Of a stretch of DNA of 64,000 nucleotides, positions 27,029 to 34,710 are shown in pieces. The position numbers and the translations under genes are program-made. The stretch is from Rhodospirillales bacterium (lineage in GTDB: Bacteria > Pseudomonadota > Alphaproteobacteria > CACIAM-22H2), in NCBI GenBank assembly GCA_947445225.1, contig CANFCX010000001.1, positions 88,287-152,286 of the forward strand, read 5' to 3'. Numbering within the stretch: the stretch's first letter is position 1; each line of letters opens with the position of its first letter. Below the pieces are notes generated by a model that made no database searches, was not told the DNA's origin, and saw nothing but the letters and a program-made list of their open reading frames with translations.

Positions 27029-30000
27029 ATGAACGACAATCGAACCGCGATCGCCGGGACCCTCGCTCTCGCCCATGGCTTGTCTTTCCCCGATCTGTAT
27101 GCCCGCGAAGGTCTCGCCAAGCTCGACGCCCTGTTTATCGGGGCCCTGCGCCAGGCCGATGGCACGCTGTGCGAACGCCTTCTAAGCGGGCGCGCGGCCC
27201 CCCAGACCCTTTCCGCGAAAGACGAGGGCAACCTTCTGATCGCGTTGGCCCCGCATCTGGATGCCTTCATCGTGGCGCTGTTCGGGATCGCGAAGGAAGC
27301 CACGGCACTTCGCCAAAGTCATGTCCGGCTGAACCCGCTGTCCGAGGTCAAGCGGCTGTTCGTCCAACGCCGCGCGGTGAAGGACTTTGCCGCCGCGGCC
27401 GCGATGGCCTTCGACGGTCCGGCGCTGACTTCCGCCTTGGAAAAGCGGATCGGCGGGACGTTCACCGAACTCACCTTCGCCGAGGCCGTGATCCAATGGA
27501 TGAAGGATGAGGCGGCGAATGCCGAGGCTCTGGACCTCGCCGCGCGTTACGCCGCCTGGGCGGTACACAGCGATGCCGGGCGGACGCGGCACGGCGCCGG
27601 TGTGTTGTTCAAGGTGCCGCACAAGGTCGACCACCAAAACCTGGTGCCGGTCGAGACCACATCGGTGAACGGTGTGCCGGCAGTGCGGCTTTCCCCCGAC
27701 CATTGGCGTCACCGCGAAGGCTTCGCGCTGACCGATCCCGGCATGGACCTGACCCATGCCCTCGACCAGGCCAATTACTGCATCTGGTGCCACAATCAAG
27801 GAAAGGACTCTTGCTCGAAGGGCCTCACGGAAAAATCCGGCGCCTTTCGCAAGAGCCCGTTGGGCGTGACGCTCGCCGGCTGCCCGCTCGAAGAAAAAAT
27901 CTCGGAAATGCATGTGGCCAAGGCCGCGGGCGACGCAATCGGCGCCCTCGCCATCATCGCGGTCGACAACCCGCTGGCCGCGGCGACCGGGCACCGCATC
28001 TGCAACGATTGCATGAAATCCTGCATTTTTCAGAAGCAGGAGCCGGTCGACATTCCGCAAGCCGAAACCCGGACGCTCAAGGACGTACTCGAACTTCCCT
28101 GGGGCTTCGAAATCTATTCGCTGCTCACGCGCTGGAACCCGCTCAATTTGCGCCGGCCGCTGCCGCTGCCGTCGAGCGGCCGGTCGGTGCTGGTGGTCGG
28201 TCTCGGGCCGGCGGGGTTTTCGCTGGCCCACCACCTGCTCAATGACGGGCACCATGTCGCGGCCATCGACGGGCTGAAAATCGAACCCCTGCCGGAATCG
28301 GTATCGGGGGTAAAACCCAATGGCGAGCGCGTGTCCTTTACCCCGATCCGGGACATCGCCGCGCTCAATGAATCCTTGGACGACCGCGTGATGGCCGGTT
28401 TCGGCGGCGTCGCCGAATACGGCATCACCGTGCGCTGGGACAAGAATTTCTTGAAGATCATCCGCCTGATGCTGGAGCGGCGCGCGGCTTTTGCGATGTT
28501 CGGCGGAATCCGCTTCGGCGGCACCGTCACCGTTGAATCCGCGTTCGCAATGGGGTTTGACCACATCGCCCTTTGCGCGGGCGCGGGAAAACCGACGGTC
28601 ATCGACATTCCCAACCGTCTCGCGCGCGGCGTGCGCGCCGCGTCCGATTTCCTGATGGCGCTGCAGTTGACCGGTGCGGCCAAGGCCGCGTCCATCGCCA
28701 ACCTGCAAATCCGCCTGCCGGTGGTCGTGGTGGGCGGTGGCTTGACCGCGATCGACACGGCCACGGAATCGCTCGCCTATTACCCGCGGCAGGTCGAAAA
28801 ATTCCTGTCGCGTTATGAAACCTTGGCGGCGGAGCGGGGCGAGACCGCCTTGCGCCAGGGCTGGACGGAAGAAGATCGCGAAATCGGCGACGAATTCATC
28901 CTTCATGCCCGCGCCCTGCGCGCCGAACGCGAAGCCGCGACGCGCGAAGCTCGGCCGCCGGCCTTTCTGCCCCTGCTCGAATCCTGGGGCGGCGTCACCA
29001 TGGCCTATCGGCGAAAGCTAATCGAGGCCCCCAGCTACACGCTCAACCACGAAGAAGTGCACAAGGCGATGGAGGAAGGCGTGCGTTTCGCCGAAGGGCT
29101 GACGCCGGTCGCCATCGACACCGATGCGCGCGGCCATGCCGCCGCCATGCGTTTCACAGGCCCCGACGGCGCCGCAGTCGCGCTTCCCGCGCGTTCGATC
29201 CTGGTCGCGGCGGGGACCCAGCCGAACACCGTGCTGGCGCGCGAAGACCCCGGCCACCTGGAGCTCGACGGCCGTTTTTTCCGCGCCCTCGACGAGGCCG
29301 GGAACCCGGCGAAGCCGGAGCGGCTGGCCAAGCCTGGCGTGGTGCATGTGTTGACGCACCTCGCTCCCGATGGCCGCGCCGTCAGCTTCTTCGGCGACCT
29401 GCATCCATCCTTTTCCGGCAATGTCGTCAAGGCCATGGGCGGCGCCAAGCAAGGCTACCCGCTGGTCAGCCGCATGTTGGGCCGGGTCGCGCCGCACCTC
29501 TCCGATCCGATGGCGCTTCTTGCCAAGCTGAACGATGAGCTCCGCGCCCGCGTGCACGAAGTCGTGCGGCTGACGCCAAACATCGTCGAGGTCGTGGTGA
29601 AGGCGCCCGCCGCCGCCCGTGAATTCCACCCCGGCCAGTTCTACCGTTTGCAGAACTACGAGACGCTGGCTTTGACCGTGGATGGCACGACGCTGGCCAT
29701 GGAAGGCCTCGCGCTTACCGGCGCCTGGGTGGACCGGGCGAAGGGGCTGGTTTCCGTGATCGTTCTGGAGATGGGCGGCTCGTCCGATCTCTGCACCTGG
29801 CTGAAGCCGGGCGAACCCGTGGTGTTGATGGGCCCGACGGGCACGCCGACGGAGACGCCGGGCGGCGAGACCGCGATTCTGGTAGGCGGCGGACTCGGCA
29901 ATGCGGTGTTGTTTTCGATTGGGCAGGCGCTGCGGTCGGCCGGGTCGCAGGTCGTCTATTTCGCCGGCTATAAACGCGGAATCGACCGCTACAAGGTGGA

Positions 30001-30517
30001 GCAGATCGAAGCGGCGGCCGATATCGTGGTGTGGTGCTGCGACGAAGCTCCCGGATTTCAGCCGACGCGGACGCAGGATCGCGCCTTCGTTGGCAATATC
30101 GTCGATGCCATGTTGGCCTATGCGACGGGTCGCCTGGGGCCGGCGCCGATCCCGCTATCGGGCGCTCAGCGCATGATCGCCATCGGGTCCGACGGCATGA
30201 TGGCGGCGGTGACGCGTGCCCGCCACGGCGTGCTCGCCCCGCATCTCAAGCCCGGCCATATCGGCATCGCCTCCATCAACTCGCCGATGCAGTGCATGAT
30301 GAAAGAAATCTGCGCCCAATGCCTGCAGCCGCACCGCGATCCGGTGACCGGCGAGGAGACCGTCGTCTTTTCGTGTTTCAACCAGGACCAGTTGATGGAC
30401 GAAGTCGATTTCGCCGCCCTTCGCCAGCGCCTCGGCCAAAATCAGGTTCAGGAAAAGCTGACGCGGGCCTGGATCGACCGCTGCTTGAAGCGCCTCAATC
30501 TGCGTAAGGCGGCCTGA
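27029..30517 (+). CDS. 1162-aa multidomain oxidoreductase: N-terminal domain of unknown function + GltD/NfnB-like Fe-S/FAD/NAD(P) domain + PyrK/NfnA-like FAD/[2Fe-2S] ferredoxin-reductase domain
   Basis: Cys clusters CIWCHNQGKDSC...C and CNDCMKSC. Rossmann motif SVLVVGLGPAGFSLAHHL. The C-terminal part has a GGGLGNAVLFSIGQAL FNR-like NAD(P) site and a CMMKEICAQC...C motif as in PyrK. Confidence 0.75.
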   Translation: MNDNRTAIAGTLALAHGLSFPDLYAREGLAKLDALFIGALRQADGTLCERLLSGRAAPQTLSAKDEGNLLIALAPHLDAFIVALFGIAKEATALRQSHVRLNPLSEVKRLFVQRRAVKDFAAAAAMAFDGPALTSALEKRIGGTFTELTFAEAVIQWMKDEAANAEALDLAARYAAWAVHSDAGRTRHGAGVLFKVPHKVDHQNLVPVETTSVNGVPAVRLSPDHWRHREGFALTDPGMDLTHALDQANYCIWCHNQGKDSCSKGLTEKSGAFRKSPLGVTLAGCPLEEKISEMHVAKAAGDAIGALAIIAVDNPLAAATGHRICNDCMKSCIFQKQEPVDIPQAETRTLKDVLELPWGFEIYSLLTRWNPLNLRRPLPLPSSGRSVLVVGLGPAGFSLAHHLLNDGHHVAAIDGLKIEPLPESVSGVKPNGERVSFTPIRDIAALNESLDDRVMAGFGGVAEYGITVRWDKNFLKIIRLMLERRAAFAMFGGIRFGGTVTVESAFAMGFDHIALCAGAGKPTVIDIPNRLARGVRAASDFLMALQLTGAAKAASIANLQIRLPVVVVGGGLTAIDTATESLAYYPRQVEKFLSRYETLAAERGETALRQGWTEEDREIGDEFILHARALRAEREAATREARPPAFLPLLESWGGVTMAYRRKLIEAPSYTLNHEEVHKAMEEGVRFAEGLTPVAIDTDARGHAAAMRFTGPDGAAVALPARSILVAAGTQPNTVLAREDPGHLELDGRFFRALDEAGNPAKPERLAKPGVVHVLTHLAPDGRAVSFFGDLHPSFSGNVVKAMGGAKQGYPLVSRMLGRVAPHLSDPMALLAKLNDELRARVHEVVRLTPNIVEVVVKAPAAAREFHPGQFYRLQNYETLALTVDGTTLAMEGLALTGAWVDRAKGLVSVIVLEMGGSSDLCTWLKPGEPVVLMGPTGTPTETPGGETAILVGGGLGNAVLFSIGQALRSAGSQVVYFAGYKRGIDRYKVEQIEAAADIVVWCCDEAPGFQPTRTQDRAFVGNIVDAMLAYATGRLGPAPIPLSGAQRMIAIGSDGMMAAVTRARHGVLAPHLKPGHIGIASINSPMQCMMKEICAQCLQPHRDPVTGEETVVFSCFNQDQLMDEVDFAALRQRLGQNQVQEKLTRAWIDRCLKRLNLRKAA

Positions 30518-30519
30518 AG

Positions 30520-31743
30520 TTATTCAGCGGCGGTTTCGCTGGCCAATACCTTGGCGAAGGGGATCGCCGCGACGGCCTGACGACGGATCAGCTGCGATGC
30601 GGGGTTCAGCCCGGATTTGCGGGCGGCCTCCATGACGTGGCGCATGGCCGCGACCACGTGACCGGGGGTGGCCGGCGCAAGATTCGCGGCGATGATGTCG
30701 ATCGCACGTTCCTCGAATGGGGCGAAACCGTTGGGCCGGCGGCGTTGGGAATCGAGCATCGCCTGCACGAACCGCTTTCCGTCCGCCGCCGACAAAGGAT
30801 CGAGAACGATCTGCGCGCGCAGACGGCCGAGAACCGGATCGGTGAAAATCGCCGGCACTTCGGCCGCCGACAGATCGGCGGCGACGACCAGGCAAAAACA
30901 GTGGCGGCACAACTCGCACAGCTTGAGCAGGGCTTGGTTGGCGGCGAACAAATCGGCGGGCTCGGCGAACCGCAGCGCGTCGAAATCGTCGATCAACACA
31001 TAAGCCGCTTTCTTAAAGCGCGTCGGATCGAGATCGATTTTGAAGTCGATCACGAACAGCCCGACGATGCCGGCGAACATGGCCAGGGCGTCGGCATTCG
31101 ATTGGTGTGGCGGCGTCAACACCGCCAGCAGGTCGGGAAGTCCGGTGCAGCCTCGGATTTTCTTGGCGAGATCGGCTAGGCCCGGGACCTGAATGAGGTG
31201 ATCGATGATTTCTTCGTCCGAGACGAACGCATTGACCTTGTGCAGGTCGCGATACCGCAGCAATTTGCGTTGTAGATAGTCTTGGAAATGCAGGATTTGG
31301 CGAACGAAGTCGGATCGCCCGATGACGTCTTCCCGGAAGGTGCGCGCGAGGCCGAGCCGGCGGCCGTCGGCGACCAGCGACGGCAGATAGAAGGCGACGG
31401 CCTGATAGTCCGCCGCCTCGGCTTCCATCACCTTGTGGCGCGCCCATTGCAGCGCGTGGGTCTTGCCGGCGCCGGCCGCACCGCGCAGAAGAACGATGCC
31501 CGAACTGCCGAACTCATCGGCCCGCGCCAGTCTCAAATGTCTGACCAGATGTTTCTGCGCCGTTTCGTTTCCAGCCCAAAGGGCGGCCCGCGGATCGAGT
31601 CCGGGAACCGCCTCCGCCCGAAACGGATTGGCGGAAAGATTGGCAGCCTTCAGAAACTCATCGGGCGCCAGCATGGGGAGCACATATCCTTTTCGCGGTC
31701 GCTTAACGACCGCCGTTCGATAGCCGCCTCGCCCCCCGGACAT
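30520..31743 (-). CDS. Orphan AAA+ P-loop ATPase (DnaA/Hda- or ExeA-like fold), function unknown
   Basis: Walker A LLRGAAGAGKTHALQWA; Walker B AAYVLIDDFDALRF. An NPF motif precedes the ATPase core. 407 aa (or 384 aa if it starts at MLAPDEF). Confidence 0.65.
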   Translation of the reverse strand: MSGGRGGYRTAVVKRPRKGYVLPMLAPDEFLKAANLSANPFRAEAVPGLDPRAALWAGNETAQKHLVRHLRLARADEFGSSGIVLLRGAAGAGKTHALQWARHKVMEAEAADYQAVAFYLPSLVADGRRLGLARTFREDVIGRSDFVRQILHFQDYLQRKLLRYRDLHKVNAFVSDEEIIDHLIQVPGLADLAKKIRGCTGLPDLLAVLTPPHQSNADALAMFAGIVGLFVIDFKIDLDPTRFKKAAYVLIDDFDALRFAEPADLFAANQALLKLCELCRHCFCLVVAADLSAAEVPAIFTDPVLGRLRAQIVLDPLSAADGKRFVQAMLDSQRRRPNGFAPFEERAIDIIAANLAPATPGHVVAAMRHVMEAARKSGLNPASQLIRRQAVAAIPFAKVLASETAAE

Positions 31744-31918
31744 CGTCCGGCGCCGAGAACGATCTTAGCCCTAGATCGCACTCTTGCGAGATGGTTTACA
31801 TCGGTTAAGCTCCGCCGGTAAACAAAGTCTTAACAAGGGGGGATCGATGACGAAATACCGGATGCTGGCGCCGCTCCGCTCGGATTGCGAAATCCGCAAC
31901 GGCGAAAGGCGCTGAACA

Positions 31919-34585
31919 TTGGCACCTCCAAGTAAGACCGTCGCCTTCGGGCTGAACGGGCATGGCGCCGAAGTTCCAGCCGAACCGGAACGCCGTCTGG
32001 TTGATGCGCTCCGCCAGGATTTAGGCCTCACCGGAACCAAGATCGGCTGCGACACGGGTGATTGCGGGCTGTGTCTGGTCCTGATCGACGGCCGCCCGGC
32101 GCGGTCATGCAAGGCCCCGGTTAGCCAGGTCGATGGCTGTGCGGTTCGTACCGTGGAAGGCATTCTGCGCGACGGGGCGTTGAGCAAGCTGCAACAAACC
32201 TTTATCGATCGCGGCGCCGCGCAATGCGGCTTCTGCACACCGGCGATGTTGATTGCGGCGCACGCCTTGCTGGTCCGCAATCCGACCCCCGATGCCGAGG
32301 CGGTGCGGACGGCGCTGGCCGGCATTCCCTGCCGCTGTACCGGGTACAAATCCATCGTCGAGGCCGTGCTGGCCGCTTCCGCCGACCCGCCGGCCCTGGC
32401 GGCCGGTCAGGGCACGACGCCGGTGGGCGCGCGCCTGCCCGCGATCGACGCCAAGGCCAAAGTGACGGGCGCCGAACGATTCGCCGCCGATCTACCGCCG
32501 GACCCGGAAACTCTTTATGTCCGCATCGTTGATGCCGGCGACAACCTGGGCGCGTTCGTCATCGGCAACACGGCGCCTTTTCTCGCCAAACATCCGGGAA
32601 TTGTTCGGCTGCTGACGGCGGCGGACAGTCCCGGCCGGGGCGGATCCTCACCTTTCGCCGAAAACACAATTTCCTATCGCGGCCAGCCGGTCGGCGCTTT
32701 GGTGGGCGACCAGGCCGCGCTCGCGGCCATCGATGTCACGGCCCTGCCGATCGAATGGAAGAAATCGGCGTCGGGCACCACCGGCACCGCGCGCGAATGG
32801 AACGTCGTTTCCGGCGACACCGATTCCGCTCTCGCCGATTCCCATTTGGTGGTCGAAACCACGATCGACACATCCTTGGCCGATGCCGCCATCCTCGAGC
32901 CGGAAACGGCCAGCGCACGGCGCAAAGGCAATATCGTCGAGATCACCGCGGGGACCACCTCGCCCTGCGCCGATCGCGCCCGCATCGCCGCGGCGCTCGG
33001 TCTTACCCCCGACCAGGTCCGCATCGTGGCCGCGCCCGCGGGCGGCGCCCGCGGCGATTCGCCTCTCTCCACCATTGTCGCCCTGGCCGCATGGCTGACC
33101 GGGCGGCCGGCGCGGTGCACGCCGCCGCGCGCTCAATCGCTGGCCATGTCGCCGAAACGGCCGCGGGCAAAATTGTCTGGCCGCGCCGCCTGCGACCAAT
33201 GGGGGTATTTCGCCGCCATGGACGCAAAAGGCCAATTCGACATCGGCGCCGACGCCGAGACCGATGCCGGCCTGCGTTTTGCCCTGCACGCGCCGGGGCC
33301 TTTCTACCTTCCCGCCGCCCGCGCCAAGTCGCGCGCCGAGCCGGGCACGGCCTACGCCGCGAGCGCGGGGCGCGGCCTCGGCACGGCCGAGGCGGCTTTG
33401 CTGTACGACTCACTGGTCGATGAGTTGGCGGATCAAATGAAAATCGATCCGCTGCAATTCCGCTGGCAGAACGCATTGCGGCGCGGGTTGCCGACGCCCA
33501 GCGGCCAATGGCTCACGACCAGCGTCGGGCTCAAACCCTGCCTCGACGCGTTGCGTCCGCGCTGGCAGACGGCGCGCGAGGACGCCCTGCGTTACAACAC
33601 CGGCACGGCGCGGCTGAAACGCGGCGTCGGCATCGCCTGCGGCTGGAGCGGTATCGGCGCCCCGGCGCGGCCCGATCCGGCGGTCGCGCGCATCGGCTTG
33701 GGGCAGGACGGTTTATTCACCCTTTATGCCGATGCGGCCGATGGCGGGGCCGGTGCCGGCACGGCACTGATCCAAATCGCCGCGGAGACGCTCGGCCTGC
33801 CGACCGGCCTTTTCCGACTCGCCAAGGCCGACACCGACATCATCCCCGACGCCGGCCCGCCATCGGCGTCGCGGCGGATCTTCATCTTGGGCCAGGCGGT
33901 TCGGCTCGCGGCGTCCGACCTGAAGCGGCAAATATTGGCCCTGGCTGCCGTAGGCACCGACGCCACTTTGGCGGTAAAGGGGCGAGCCGTGACCGTCACC
34001 GCCGGAAAGCAGTCAAAACAAGTCGATTTCGGCTCCCTGGCCAGCGATTCCCGCGGCGACACCCTGATCGGCAGCGGCAGCTTCGATCCGCCGACACTCG
34101 ATCTCGACGCCGCCGGCCAGGGCCTGCCGCACGCCGTTTATGCCTTCGCCGCGCAGCTCGCGGAAGTCGTGGTCGACACCGCCGACGGCTCGATCCTGGT
34201 GTTGAGAGTGACGGCCGCCCAAGATGTCGGCCGCGCCATAAACCCGACCCTGATCGAGGGCCATATCCATGGCGGCATCGTTCAGGGCCTGGGCTGGACG
34301 CTGTTTGAGCGTTATGTGCCGGCCGAGAGCGCGAGCTTCAAAGGCTACCGCATCCCGATGATCGCGGACATGCCGACGATCGAGACGATCCTGATCGAGG
34401 ACCCGGAACCGCTTGGCCCCTTCGGCGCCAAGAGTGTGCGCGACGCGGCTTTCGTGCCCACGGCCCCGGCCATTCTCAATGCCGTCTTCAACGCCACCGG
34501 CGCGCGGATCGTCAGCCTGCCCGCCACCCCGCCGCGTGTGCTCGCTTCCATTCGCGAGGCGGAGCGGCGGCGCAGCAAGGCCTAG
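31919..34585 (+). CDS. Xanthine-dehydrogenase-family molybdoenzyme with fused N-terminal 2x[2Fe-2S] domain (MOP-type aldehyde oxidoreductase; no FAD domain)
   Basis: TTG start with a GAAAGG SD. CoxS-like motifs GCDTGDCGLC and GIPCRCTGYKSIVEAV are followed by a ~720-aa molybdopterin-binding large-subunit domain. 888 aa. Confidence 0.8.
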   Translation: MAPPSKTVAFGLNGHGAEVPAEPERRLVDALRQDLGLTGTKIGCDTGDCGLCLVLIDGRPARSCKAPVSQVDGCAVRTVEGILRDGALSKLQQTFIDRGAAQCGFCTPAMLIAAHALLVRNPTPDAEAVRTALAGIPCRCTGYKSIVEAVLAASADPPALAAGQGTTPVGARLPAIDAKAKVTGAERFAADLPPDPETLYVRIVDAGDNLGAFVIGNTAPFLAKHPGIVRLLTAADSPGRGGSSPFAENTISYRGQPVGALVGDQAALAAIDVTALPIEWKKSASGTTGTAREWNVVSGDTDSALADSHLVVETTIDTSLADAAILEPETASARRKGNIVEITAGTTSPCADRARIAAALGLTPDQVRIVAAPAGGARGDSPLSTIVALAAWLTGRPARCTPPRAQSLAMSPKRPRAKLSGRAACDQWGYFAAMDAKGQFDIGADAETDAGLRFALHAPGPFYLPAARAKSRAEPGTAYAASAGRGLGTAEAALLYDSLVDELADQMKIDPLQFRWQNALRRGLPTPSGQWLTTSVGLKPCLDALRPRWQTAREDALRYNTGTARLKRGVGIACGWSGIGAPARPDPAVARIGLGQDGLFTLYADAADGGAGAGTALIQIAAETLGLPTGLFRLAKADTDIIPDAGPPSASRRIFILGQAVRLAASDLKRQILALAAVGTDATLAVKGRAVTVTAGKQSKQVDFGSLASDSRGDTLIGSGSFDPPTLDLDAAGQGLPHAVYAFAAQLAEVVVDTADGSILVLRVTAAQDVGRAINPTLIEGHIHGGIVQGLGWTLFERYVPAESASFKGYRIPMIADMPTIETILIEDPEPLGPFGAKSVRDAAFVPTAPAILNAVFNATGARIVSLPATPPRVLASIREAERRRSKA

Positions 34586-34710
34586 TACCGATTTCGCGAG
34601 TTCGTGAGTCGCCTTCGGCGACGCACGAGCCGCGAAATCGGTACAGAATCCGGAGCTTGTACTCGGTCGCAGGCTCCGCGCCTGTAGCGCGGAACTCTGC
34701 GAGCGAGTAC
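34585..34710. terminator. Two long imperfect hairpins filling the convergent gap stop-to-stop (bidirectional terminator candidate)
   Basis: Hairpin 1, 34585-34644: GTACCGATTTCGCGAGTTCGTGAGTCGCC-TTCG-GGCGACGCACGAGCCGCGAAATCGGTAC. Hairpin 2, 34659-34710: GTACTCGGTCGCAG...CTGCGAGCGAGTAC with an inner CCGCGC-CTGTA-GCGCGG. Confidence 0.5.
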
